A stretch of DNA of 64,000 nt from an uncultured Actinomycetes bacterium (GTDB lineage Bacteria > Actinomycetota > Thermoleophilia > RBG-16-64-13). This document shows, piece after piece, positions 28,801-37,727 of the stretch. Below the pieces are notes generated by a model that worked only from the letters and a program-made list of their open reading frames with translations, had not been told where the DNA came from and did not search any database. Position numbers and translations under genes: made by a program. Position 1 is the stretch's first letter. Each line of letters begins with the position of its first letter. Location: assembly GCA_963775295.1 (NCBI GenBank), contig CAVZIK010000006.1:3218829-3282828 (forward strand), read 5' to 3'.

Positions 28801-29127
28801 ATGGACTTGATCGGCCAGGGAAACCATGAGGGGAAGTCCAAGTCCGCGCCTGCGGTGATGATCATCCTTGTAGAGTCCCGGCTGGAAATCCCCGTCGTTT
28901 GTGATCTCAACGATCAGGCGATCGGGCAGGATCCAGGTGACGAGCTCGACCTGACTTGAGGCGTGCTCGATGGCATTGGCGACAGCCTCGGACACGGCCA
29001 CCTGCAGATCGAAGAGACGGGCCTCCGGCAAGCCGGCCATTCGCCCGATTTCTTCCACATGCTCTCTCGCCCTCGAGAGTTCGACCAGGTCGGCGGCGAG
29101 AACGATTTGTGATGGCTGCTGCTTCAT
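25864..29127 (-). CDS. RsbW-like HATPase-PAS-PocR-PAS-GAF-PP2C fusion, 1087 aa
   Basis: DLQVAVSEAVANAIEH...GLGLPLM; PAS (VHPEDR); PocR (ICTRFHR...CIESD...YKCKNHMWD...FSGQF); GAF; VGGDFYD, IGDVSGHG, YTDGITE, DD. Confidence 0.92.
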   Translation of the reverse strand: MKQQPSQIVLAADLVELSRAREHVEEIGRMAGLPEARLFDLQVAVSEAVANAIEHASSQVELVTWILPDRLIVEITNDGDFQPGLYKDDHHRRRGLGLPLMVSLADQVHVSRLPQDRTRVSLTFFLEAHSHWDPTRLGDAHSVQGAAPNSTGETEAREAEDRYRNLVDLSPDAILVNLDGAYVFANPAAANLFGAGSPSEVVGRSVLRHVHPEDRELVAERTGQILSGAISPPREVRLLRLDGAPVTVEVTGSRVEFGGRLAVQVVMRDISERKQAEEGLRETQDRVRRKLASLLSPGGDIGELELADIIDSSALQSFLDDFNRLACIPLAIIDLEGNVLVGSGWSEICTRFHRVHPQTRMNCIESDTLLTTGVPEGEFHLYKCKNHMWDVSTPIFVGGKHVGNVFSGQFFFEEEPIDRDLFRSQAQTYGFDEQEYLAALDCVPRLSREALETGMGFFAKLAQMVSRESYSSITLARAVAERDTLLESLRVSEERFRLMFERHNAVMLLVDPKTGAVVDGNAAAARFYGYSRDQLRTLSIHDLNELPREEVAAEYGKAVAEQQNDFVFPHRAAGGERRWVEVHSAPIEVQGDELLFSVIHDISDRKQAQERLLKLNGSLNALSNSNQALMKAADEYAYLRDACRIIVEDCGHSMVWIGYKEDEAKRVRPVASAGFEEGYLETLDITWSDDERGQGPSGVAIRTGRRCVCRNTLTDPAFAPWRERARQRGYASSVALPLTEGGVTFGALAIYANEPDAFLDDEMELLGEFADDLATGIVSLRLRARHAEAESERERLILQLQEASSALAASNKELLDMTEELAARGEELEAQNEELRAAQEETERLLEEKSSLFLRLQETLLDIPKGLPGVKFDHLYRSATLQAQVGGDFYDVFAAKNGRIGLLIGDVSGHGVEAARIATLVKDTVHAFAHQFAHPHLVLRETNRLLVEKGLSGFVTAFLGFLDPERGSLTYSSAGHPPPMVFAQGRVTLLESPSPPLGVYGEAQYGDTQTRVEKGSLLLFYTDGITEARQNGEFFGEERLAEWLGRTSGKPIETLASALLEEVLLFSGGHLRDDACLLAVGYVSEDS

Positions 29128-29465
29128 TCCTGCAGCGCAGCCCGGGCTTCTTCATGACCTGCAAAGACGCGAAAGCCCCGGTTCGCCGTAAGGCCGACGA
29201 TCTGAAACAAACGAAGAAGGTTCGCACCCGGCCCGATGACTCCGACCCAGCCTTTATCTCGCACCTTACGACAGGCGAACAGCAGCACGGAAAGACCGCC
29301 GCTGTCGATGTAGGGACAGCCGCTGAGATCGATGAGCAGGTAGGCGCCATCGTTTCCAAGAGCTTGGTGCAAGCTGTCTTCCAACGCGGATGCCGTCAGG
29401 TGATCGACGACTCCGACAACCTTAAGCAGCGGCACATCGGATAAGACGGTCCCGATAACTTCCAT
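29124..29465 (-). CDS. STAS anti-sigma-factor antagonist
   Basis: LIDLSGCPYIDSGGLS. Its stop overlaps the start of the downstream fusion gene (ATGA). Confidence 0.9.
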   Translation of the reverse strand: MEVIGTVLSDVPLLKVVGVVDHLTASALEDSLHQALGNDGAYLLIDLSGCPYIDSGGLSVLLFACRKVRDKGWVGVIGPGANLLRLFQIVGLTANRGFRVFAGHEEARAALQE

Positions 29466-29634
29466 CAGCCCTCCATCCGGGCAAAGGCAGCGCGCTGCAG
29501 TATTCTACAGCAAGGGACATTGGATCGACCCCTTGGAGATGTCATCGCGAAATGTCTGCCTTCCAGAGTGTGGAAGATGGCATCTCGGTGCCGGCAGCGG
29601 GCACGTTCCCCGCCCTACTGGTAGGCTGGTGGGG

Positions 29635-31054
29635 ATGAACAAGACGAATACGCTCCAGACACAGCAGAATAACCCGAACCGCACTATGATCCTTGTCGTG
29701 GCAACCCTTGGCGGGTTCTTGGTTGCCTTCATGATGTCCGCCGTCAATGTCGCGCTCCCGTTGATCGAGTCGGAATTCAACGTGTCGGCGGTGATGCTCG
29801 GCTGGATCTCCCTCTCCTACATGCTGGTAGGCGCAGCCACCCTGCTGCCGGCGGGCCGGATTGCCGACCTGTATGGCCGGATGCGCCTCTTCATCTGGGG
29901 CATGATCGTCTTCACCGTCATCTCCTTCGCAAGCGCTTTTGCGCCCTCGGCCGGCATCCTCATCGCCTTGAGAGCCGTCCACGGCTTGGGGCTGGCGATC
30001 GGCGGGGCGACTTCCACCGCTCTCGTCATCCTCGCCTATCCGCCCGCATCCCGGGGTAGAGCGCTCGGACTGAACGTCGCCGGAATCTACATGGGTCTCA
30101 CTCTCGGCCCTGTGCTCGGCGGTCTTATCATCCACAATCTGGGCTGGCGGGGTCTCTTTCTGGTGGTGGGCGCGCTCGGTCTGGTGAACGTGGGGCTGCC
30201 TCTCTGGAAACTGCGGCATGTGGATTGGCGGGAGCCCAAGCGCGCCCACTTCGACGTTCTTGGATCCGTCGGTTACGCCCTATCGTTGACCGCGGTCCTT
30301 CTGGGGTTCTCTCTTCTGCCGGACATCGCCGGCGCCATCCTCGTAGCCGCGGGGATCGCCGGCCTGGCAGCATTCCTCTGGTGGGAGACCCGGGCGGCCG
30401 ACCCTCTTCTTGACGTCGACCTACTCCGCCGAAACCGCGTGTTTGCCTTCTCAAATGCTGCCGCCTTCATCAGCTACAGCGCCACCTTCGCCATGGTCTT
30501 TGTCATGAGCCTCTATCTGCAGTACAACCGCGGGCTCGATCCGCAGACGGCCGGTTTGGTGCTGGTGACCGGCACCTTCGTCCAGGCGGCTCTCTCTCCG
30601 GTCAGCCGGTCGACTGGCTGACCGGGTGGAAGCAAGATATGTGGCCTCCTTGGGCATGGTGGCGTGCGTGCTCGGCCTGCTGGGATTGAGTTTCGCGGGA
30701 ACCACGACGCCGTATTGGTACATCATCACGATGCTCTGCGTGCTTGGGCTGGGTTTCGCATTCTTCTCGACGCCGATTACGCACACGATCATGGGCAGCG
30801 TGGAGACGCGCTTTGTGGGCGTGGCCTCAGCCACCCTTGCCACCGTGCGCCAGGCCGGAATGAGCATGAGCATGGGAGTCGCGACTCTCGTGTTGGCCCT
30901 GGAGGTAGGGCGGGAGGCCATCCGGCCGGCAGACTACCCGCTGGTACTGAGGGGCGTCCGCATGACTTTCTTGATCTTCACGGGGCTCTGCGTCCTTGGA
31001 GTCGGGGCCTCACTGGTCGGGCCCCGGCGCCGGAGCGACACGGCCAAGGGGTAG
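29635..31054 (+). pseudogene. DHA2-type MFS transporter split by a +1 frameshift at 30604
   Basis: GRIADLYGR motif. Removing A30604 joins ORFs 29533-30621 and 30626-31054 into SPVAGRLADRVEARY. Confidence 0.88.
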
Positions 31055-31089
31055 CCGGCACAGTTTCGGGATCGCCGGCCAAGGGGTAG
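31041..31089 (+). repeat. 14-bp direct repeat cggccaaggggtag; the second copy supplies the -10 of a SigB/SigF-like promoter
   Basis: Copies at 31041-31054 (includes the MFS stop) and 31076-31089. GTTT(31063-66)-N17-GGGTAG(31084-89). Confidence 0.6.
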
Positions 31090-31127
31090 TTGTGTTCCAT
31101 CGAGGCAGACAACTATTGGGGGAGCGT

Positions 31128-31628
31128 GTGAGCACCATCCTAGACCGTCGCAGCGTCCGCAAGTACACCGGCCAGAAGGTTACGGAGGACCAGGTTACCG
31201 AACTCTTAAAGGCCGCGATGAGCGCTCCCTCCGCCGGCAACCAGCAGCCCTGGTGCTTTGTGGTCGTGAGAAGTCAAGAGATCCTTGATCGTATTCCCAC
31301 GGTTCATCCTTATGCGGCCATGACACCGCACGCTTCAGTGGTAATCGCGGTCTGCGGGGACCTGACCGGCCTTAAGTACTCAGACTACTGGGTCCAGGAC
31401 TGTTCGGCGGCTACCGAGAATGTGCTGCTGGCTGCACACGAAGGGGGCTTGGGAGCGGTCTGGCTCGGGGTCTACCCGACCGAGGAACGGGTGAAGGGCG
31501 TCCGGCAGCTCCTGAGGCTCCCCGAGCACATTATCCCGCTATCGTTGATCTCGGTTGGTTATGCTGCCGAGTCGCATCCGGCCGCGGACCGCTTCGACGC
31601 CAATCGAGTGCATTACGATCAGTGGTAG
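31128..31628 (+). CDS. Nitroreductase family protein
   Basis: ILDRRSVRKY, APSAGNQQPW, QDCSAATENVLLAA, GLGAVWLG. GTG start after GGGGGAG. Confidence 0.93.
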   Translation: MSTILDRRSVRKYTGQKVTEDQVTELLKAAMSAPSAGNQQPWCFVVVRSQEILDRIPTVHPYAAMTPHASVVIAVCGDLTGLKYSDYWVQDCSAATENVLLAAHEGGLGAVWLGVYPTEERVKGVRQLLRLPEHIIPLSLISVGYAAESHPAADRFDANRVHYDQW

Positions 31629-31659
31629 CCCGGGTACCAGGGCCCCTGTCTTGCCCCGG

Positions 31660-31900
31660 GGCCATCCGGCGGACCATCATCACCCATCACCACATCGACC
31701 ACTTCGGCGGCCTGCCGGAGATTGTCCAGGAGACCGGAGCAGAGGTTCGAGCGCACCAGAAGGACGCCCAGGTCGTCGACGGCACCACTCCCCGCCCGGC
31801 TCTCTCACCCGAACGTGTGGAAACCATGCTCGCTCGGGTGCCGGCCGACCTCCGTCTCGTGGGTGGCGAGGAAATGAACCTCTCGGGCGGGGTGAATATT
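31660..31900 (+). pseudogene. Metallo-beta-lactamase-fold fragment
   Basis: IITHHHIDHFGGL (HxHxDH) and AEVRAH..DA. No N-terminal region or later His motifs. Confidence 0.7.
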
Positions 31901-32198
31901 CTGCACAGTCTTTTCATACTCACCTGTGCCTCTGGGTCGTTTGTTCTGTAGCGGTTGCCCGCCCAGCAAGGTTGCCGGAGGAGACCTAAGGTTCACATAA
32001 GCGGTGGCGGTGTCAAGGCCAGTGTTCAGCGAATGCGTTGAACCGTCGGGTGGAACGGCGGGTGAGCTGAGGAGCAATCCGGAGACAGACGCCCCAGCAC
32101 GAACTGGACAGGGAAGGACGGAATCTCACCCGCCAATAGAAGGTGGCGCCAGGGGACGCCGTGTGAGAATCTCGCTCGCGGGGTAGTAGGGACTAACT

Positions 32199-32672
32199 AT
32201 GCAGCAGCCCAGAACAAGCGAACAACCGCTTCACCAATCCCCGGATCGACCAGAAAAGCGACTTCGCGTCCACTGGCACGTGGCCCTCACCCATTTTCCC
32301 ATCTCGCTCTTTGGGACCGCCTTTCTCTTTCAAGTGCTTCATCTCTTCATGTTTCAAAGCGGTTTTGAGGCAGCGACCACGGTATGCGTGCTTACAGGGG
32401 CCGCCTCGATGATACCCGCGACGGTGAGCGGCTGGCTTACTTGGAAGCGGCACTACCGGGGAGCGTTGACCAGAATCTTCCGGCGCAAGATCTACCTGGG
32501 TGTCGGGATGCTGGGCCTGAGTGTCGCGCTCTCTGCCTGGAGACTGAGCCTGTATTCGGTGGGCCGAGACACCCGTCCGGTCGAACACTACGCCTTCTTC
32601 TTCTTTTGCGCCTGTCTTATCGCTGCCGCAGTGGCCGAAGGCTTCTACGGCGGACGTCTCAGCCACCACTAG
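32199..32672 (+). CDS. DUF2231-like membrane protein
   Basis: HVALTHFPI, four TM segments, C-terminal GFYGGRL. Confidence 0.7.
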   Translation: MQQPRTSEQPLHQSPDRPEKRLRVHWHVALTHFPISLFGTAFLFQVLHLFMFQSGFEAATTVCVLTGAASMIPATVSGWLTWKRHYRGALTRIFRRKIYLGVGMLGLSVALSAWRLSLYSVGRDTRPVEHYAFFFFCACLIAAAVAEGFYGGRLSHH

Positions 32673-32808
32673 CCATCTACCGGAGAATCGCTGCCCAACA
32701 GGTGTACTCCTTGAGGGCAGACGGTCGCGGCCTCGGTCCCGTCGCTAGGCGAACTGGACCGAGGCCGCTCCGATGCTCATGCCGCTCGAGGGGCAGTGGT
32801 GCCGGAAA

Positions 32809-33624
32809 CTAGGACAGAGGGATGTCCCCTAGATTCACGTCCACGTCCGTACTCAGGGCACTAAAGCTCTTGTTGGTGAAGCCCGACGCGGCTATCTCGA
32901 GGTCGTAGATGCCGACCCCCAGACCCTCGAACCAGAAGTCACCAAAGTCGTTGGTGTGTGTGGTCAAGGCCGCGCCGCCGCCAACGGGCTTCAACGTGCA
33001 GGTGGCGCCTTCGACGATCTCTTCGGCGACGAGATCGTAAACGGTACCCCCGATGAACTTCTTGGGCATGTTCAGATAGTAGACACGGGGTTGATTACCC
33101 GACTCGGGTAGCAGCACCTCCGCCCGCGCGATCTCCGCGGCAAATTCCGATTCCTCGCCGAACTTGATGGCTTCGGTGGGGCACTGATCGACACAGCGCG
33201 GCACTGTCCACTCGCCGCCGTCGAGAAGGTGGGCACAGCCCGTGCACTTCTGCGCCACGTTGAGACCTTCATTTATGAAGATGGCGTCGTACGGGCAGGC
33301 GTCCGCGCATGCCTTGCACCCGGTGCACTTCTCCGGGTCGATGATCACGAGGCCGTCCTCACGCCGATAGATAGCGCCCTCGACGGGACACGCCGACATG
33401 CAGGTGGCTTCACGGCAGTGGTTGCACAGGCGAGGCACGTAGTGCATCTTCACTTTGGGGACGGTACCTCTGATGTGCTCGGTCAGACGCATCCAGAACT
33501 GGCCCGTATCAGGCTGAGGCTTAGCGATAGGCGTCCAGTCGTTGCCGACATGCTCGTCCTTGCACGCGATCTGGCACGCGTAGCAGCCGTTGCACAGGGC
33601 AATGTCGATCACGAAAGCTTTCAT
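32809..33624 (-). CDS. 4Fe-4S beta subunit with C-terminal beta-sandwich (pyrogallol transhydroxylase beta-like)
   Basis: CNGCYACQIACKDEH, CNHC, CTGCKACADACP, KCTGCAH, CVDQCP, TNDFGDFWFEGL. Confidence 0.88.
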   Translation of the reverse strand: MKAFVIDIALCNGCYACQIACKDEHVGNDWTPIAKPQPDTGQFWMRLTEHIRGTVPKVKMHYVPRLCNHCREATCMSACPVEGAIYRREDGLVIIDPEKCTGCKACADACPYDAIFINEGLNVAQKCTGCAHLLDGGEWTVPRCVDQCPTEAIKFGEESEFAAEIARAEVLLPESGNQPRVYYLNMPKKFIGGTVYDLVAEEIVEGATCTLKPVGGGAALTTHTNDFGDFWFEGLGVGIYDLEIAASGFTNKSFSALSTDVDVNLGDIPLS

Positions 33625-36246
33625 CTAAGCCTTCCCTCCTTCGATCCAGGCATCCATGCGGAGCCCCGCGGCGTGGTCGTACGGGCGGGCGAAGGCCTCG
33701 GGGTACTCCCGACGCCACTTGTCCCACTCCTCACCCGATACGGGTTGTACATCCACGAGGTAGCCGCTCGTGGCCTGGCCGCACGCGTTCTTGGAAGTGA
33801 GGCCGTGCGGCGAGATGACGTTGATCGCACCGCCCCGGTCGATCTTCGGACCGATGGGGTCGTGGCGAGCGCCGTGGTCGACGTAGGCGACGCCGACCAT
33901 CATCCGTTCCCACACCCGCGCGCCGCAAAGCACGATGCCCCGCTCATTGAAGACCTTGCACACATCTCCGTCTTTGATGCCGCGGGCGGCCGCGTCGGCG
34001 GGGTTGATCCAAACGGGCTCGTATTTGTAGCCATCAAAACCGTGGACCTTGCAGGTAGCGATCTCGCGCGTCCAGGTGATGTCGTCACACTGGGCATGTG
34101 TACGCCAGCGGCCATGGTTCGACATGAGAAGCAACGGGAACATGTCGGCTCGCTCGCTCGAGACACGCTCGTCGTGGGTCTCGGTCCGCTCGTACCACTT
34201 GGGATAGGGCTGCCGCTCGTTGTCGGTGGGGAAGAACTTGGCCAGCTTCTCTGAGTAGAACTCCAGCTTGCCGGTGGGCGTATCCAGCGGATTGTTGTCC
34301 GGGTCCTCGTAGAACGGACGGATACCGATGGTGTCTTTCTCCCAATCCTCAGCGGTGGGAAAGACGAGGTACTTCTTGTCCACGAACTCATCGAAGCTCA
34401 TGAAGTGCTCGCCTTCCATGGCGTCGAACACTTCCTTCTCAAGCGTGCGCAGATCCTTGCCCTCGGTGAACTGCTGCTCCATGCCCAGCTTTTTGGCAAC
34501 CTCGACCACTACCTCGTAGTCGCTCATGGACTCGCCGATGGGCTGACAGGCCTGCTCTTGGATCCACATAGTCTGGAAGTGCGGGCCCTGGCGAGTGTTG
34601 GTGACGATGTCCTCGACCTCGAGAGTGGTATTCGCGGGCAGGATGATATCCGCGTACAGGGTGTCGTTCTCAAGCCACGGGTGTTGGACGATGTAGGTCT
34701 CGACCTTGGGCGAACGATACGAATCGATGGTCCAGTTGCCGTGGTTCCAGCACGTGATGCGGCAGGGGGTGTCGCTCCAGATCATGTGGAATTCCGTGCC
34801 CCCGTCTTCCTCCGCGATCGGGTAGTCATAGCGGATGAACTGGTCCTCCGTGAGCGATTCCTGACCGCCGGAGCCGTGAAACACGGCTTTGCCCTCGAAG
34901 ATCGCTTCCTGGATCATGGTCTTCGGGATGAGCTGCTTGCCCCAGGCATCGGAACTGGTGCGTGTCGGGGTGCGGATGCGCTCCGGCATCGCCGGGTTGA
35001 AGAAGCGGTTGCTCTTGATGCCCTCGGCGCGTGGCATACCCGCATAGCTGATCTGCCACTGCCATACGCCAGGTTTGCCCAAGCCCTGCATGCCAAGAAG
35101 GACACATTCCAGCCGTCCGGGCTCGTGCGAGAACGGACCACGTACCATCGACCCGCCGAAATAGTGGATGATGGAGGTAACCTGCTTGGCGAACTTGCGC
35201 GCCAGCGCCTTAATTGTCCACGGCGGCACGGCACACTTGGTTGCGGCCCACGCGGGCGTCTTGGGGACTCCGTCTTCCCTGCCCAGGACGTAGTCGGCGA
35301 TCTTGTCCATGCCCACGGCATGAGTGGCCACGTATTCCTTGTCCCAGGTGTCTTCGGTCAGCCACGTGTAGATAATGGCAAGCTGCAAGGCTGCGTCGGT
35401 GTTCGGCAGCACAGGGATCCACTTGTCGGCATGGATGGCCGCGCCGTAGTTGAGTTCGGGACAGATGTAGACAGCCTCGATGCCGGCCCGCTTCCAGAAC
35501 TGGCAGATACGGGTGGCGTACTGCCCGGTGAAACCCCAGGGGGTGGTTTCCGGGTCGCAGCCCCAGAACAGGTTCAGTTCGGTATTCTCGCTGATATCTT
35601 TGACGAGGTTGCCGTTCGGCGCCAACATGCCCTGGAACCCCTGGCCCCAGACGTGTTTGGAGCCCCAATACCAGCCCTCCCAGCTGTCGGGCTGGCGGAC
35701 CTGTTGGGTAAACCCGCCCATCATGTCGAGGAGCCTGGCGGAGTGACCGTGAGGCGTGTGGATGGTCTGGCATTCGCCGTGTCCGTCACCCTGCACAAGG
35801 ATGCCCAGGGGGCCATACTGCTCATGGATCCTGTTGATCTCGCTCGCGATGATGTCGGTGGCTTCATCCCAGGAAATACGCACGTACTTGCTGATGCCAC
35901 GGTTCTGCGGGTTGCGCTCGCCGTTGGGATCCCAGTCCACCCGCTTCATGGGGTACTTGATCCGGTTGGGAGAGAACGTGCGTTTCTTGTAGGCCAGAGA
36001 GTAGGGACCCGGCAGAGACTTCATGAGCGGTTCGAAGGTCTCGCCATTGCGCTCTATCTTCCAAGGGCGCATCGACTCTGGTTTGTACTTCCAGTCGTAA
36101 TGGAAAGGCCGGATTCGTAGGACCTTTCCGTTCTTCACGTCGAGCGCGCACTCGCCGCCGCCGCCGAGCATCCCTCCCAAAGCCAGCGCTCTCATGACGG
36201 TCTTCTCGGGCTTGACGTCCGCTTTCCTCTGTTCCCCTTCTGCCAT
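33625..36246 (-). CDS. Molybdopterin oxidoreductase alpha subunit (DMSO reductase family, pyrogallol transhydroxylase-like)
   Basis: RIKYPMKRVDWDPNGERNPQNRG, ISWDEA, PDSWEGWYWG (Ser ligand), ADKWIP..PNTDAAL, YADIILPA, TPTGKLEF, INPADAAARGIKDGD. No Tat signal or N-terminal Fe-S motif. Confidence 0.9.
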   Translation of the reverse strand: MAEGEQRKADVKPEKTVMRALALGGMLGGGGECALDVKNGKVLRIRPFHYDWKYKPESMRPWKIERNGETFEPLMKSLPGPYSLAYKKRTFSPNRIKYPMKRVDWDPNGERNPQNRGISKYVRISWDEATDIIASEINRIHEQYGPLGILVQGDGHGECQTIHTPHGHSARLLDMMGGFTQQVRQPDSWEGWYWGSKHVWGQGFQGMLAPNGNLVKDISENTELNLFWGCDPETTPWGFTGQYATRICQFWKRAGIEAVYICPELNYGAAIHADKWIPVLPNTDAALQLAIIYTWLTEDTWDKEYVATHAVGMDKIADYVLGREDGVPKTPAWAATKCAVPPWTIKALARKFAKQVTSIIHYFGGSMVRGPFSHEPGRLECVLLGMQGLGKPGVWQWQISYAGMPRAEGIKSNRFFNPAMPERIRTPTRTSSDAWGKQLIPKTMIQEAIFEGKAVFHGSGGQESLTEDQFIRYDYPIAEEDGGTEFHMIWSDTPCRITCWNHGNWTIDSYRSPKVETYIVQHPWLENDTLYADIILPANTTLEVEDIVTNTRQGPHFQTMWIQEQACQPIGESMSDYEVVVEVAKKLGMEQQFTEGKDLRTLEKEVFDAMEGEHFMSFDEFVDKKYLVFPTAEDWEKDTIGIRPFYEDPDNNPLDTPTGKLEFYSEKLAKFFPTDNERQPYPKWYERTETHDERVSSERADMFPLLLMSNHGRWRTHAQCDDITWTREIATCKVHGFDGYKYEPVWINPADAAARGIKDGDVCKVFNERGIVLCGARVWERMMVGVAYVDHGARHDPIGPKIDRGGAINVISPHGLTSKNACGQATSGYLVDVQPVSGEEWDKWRREYPEAFARPYDHAAGLRMDAWIEGGKA

Positions 36247-36652
36247 TCTCGATTGCTCTCCTTTCCTGCTTGCCGAAGACGGCAGCCTCTGGGTTCCCGG
36301 CCGGGCCAGCGGCCCAGTCAACCAGCGTCGTCCTTATGTCGCTGGTGCGAACCCTTATGCATCCTGAAGGTCCTGTTTCGGATACCAACTCCAGTATCCA
36401 TCACCGGGCTCCGCTGACAGATGAAATCCGATACAACAAGACCAGTTAGCGCTTCTTATGTTACAACTCCAGCTCAGAGAACTGAAGCCCTGGAGAAGCC
36501 GCTGGGCGAAAGACGGCGCCTTGGATGTAGGCCAGCGCCAATCCAATGGCGGCCAAGCGCACATTCCAGCGACCCAGTCGCCCACAAAGAAATGGGGCGG
36601 CGTTACGCCGGCGCCGAGCAACCCGAGGATCATGGTTTTGAGCGAGGCTCTC

Positions 36653-37594
36653 CTACCCCCCGGCCCTGACACGCGGGGTCTCTAGCGCAGCCCGCGAGAT
36701 TTGGGTCCACCGGCTGCGCCAAAATCCCCATGCGGCAAGAACAGCCAGCCCCGCCACAATCAGGGCCATGCCCACGGCTTCTAAAGCTCCCGGCCTCTCC
36801 CCCAGTTGCAGCCAGGCGGATAGAACGCCCACCACGGGTATGGCCAAGGCGTTGATGCCCGCCGTGCCGGCCGGCAGGCTGTCCAAGATATACAGCCACA
36901 GCAGCAGGCCCACCACACTACCCGCTATCACGTTGTAGACAAGGGCCGCGATGAAGCTACTCGTCCAGGTCGGGGCATGCCTGGCGACAAGCAAGGCCAC
37001 CGCCACCAAGGGCACGGACCCGAGTAGCGCTTGCCACGCAGTGAAGGACAGAATGTCCACCTGGTGACGCTTCCGTATGATCTTCACGATCACGGAGGCT
37101 ATCGCCCAAGAGATGCCCCCTCCCACGGCAAGCACGCTCGCCCAGACGCCGCCGAGGTTCCACGGGGCGAGAACCAGGAGCAGACCCGCCAAGGCGAGCA
37201 CCACCGCGACCCACTGCACGCCCCGGATGCGCTCGCCCAATACCGGCCAGGCGATCATGAGCAACCAGAAGGGCATGGTGTAATTGAGGACCGAAACCTT
37301 GCCGGCGCTGCCAAGGTATATCGCCCACACCATGAGGCCTGTGAGGCTTGTCTGAAAGATCCCATACAGCGCCGTCCACCAGAAGGCTTTGGGACGTAGC
37401 GGACCACGGCGGAGAACCACGACCGCGAAAAGGGCGACGCTTGCGAGGAAGTTGCGGAGGGCCGCGAAGACAAAGGGATCGGAATACCGCACCCCGACTT
37501 TCATGACGACCCAGTTGTAGCCCCAGATAAGCGCCAAGAAGGCGAGCGCCACGAGGGGCAGATAAGCCGACCGTTTGAGTGTGGGGTTGGTCAC
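36653..37594 (-). CDS. EamA/DMT family transporter, probably leaderless
   Basis: LIWGYNWVVMK, YTMPFW, LGERI, IPVVGVLSAWLQLGE. TACAAT -10 lies 6 nt upstream of GTG 37594 and no RBS is present. Confidence 0.88.
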   Translation of the reverse strand: MTNPTLKRSAYLPLVALAFLALIWGYNWVVMKVGVRYSDPFVFAALRNFLASVALFAVVVLRRGPLRPKAFWWTALYGIFQTSLTGLMVWAIYLGSAGKVSVLNYTMPFWLLMIAWPVLGERIRGVQWVAVVLALAGLLLVLAPWNLGGVWASVLAVGGGISWAIASVIVKIIRKRHQVDILSFTAWQALLGSVPLVAVALLVARHAPTWTSSFIAALVYNVIAGSVVGLLLWLYILDSLPAGTAGINALAIPVVGVLSAWLQLGERPGALEAVGMALIVAGLAVLAAWGFWRSRWTQISRAALETPRVRAGG

Positions 37595-37654
37595 ACGGCC
37601 ATTGTACTCAGACTGGGACTCGCCGCAGACTTCCTGCCTCGTCTCAATTCCTCT

Positions 37655-37684
37655 TTGACGTGAGGCGGAAGCGACGTCTAGTCT
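37655..37684 (+). promoter_or_regulatory. Candidate housekeeping promoter
   Basis: TTGACG-N18-TAGTCT upstream of the dehydrogenase. Confidence 0.4.
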
Positions 37685-37727
37685 AGTAATGGCCGTCAAC
37701 AAGTGAGTCAGAAGGAGAGCACCCCAG

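Noticed and set aside
32067-32125. Hammerhead ribozyme (CTGAGGA inside a stem)
   Set aside because: No GAAA, no proper stem II or III, and no UH cleavage triplet in register.
36247-36420. Possible Moco/Tuco riboswitch upstream of the molybdoenzyme (ends in GGAAAGGAG and has hairpins)
   Set aside because: The characteristic CCGAG, CCTAAG and GCCTCC elements were not found; GGAAAGGAG is explained as the RBS.
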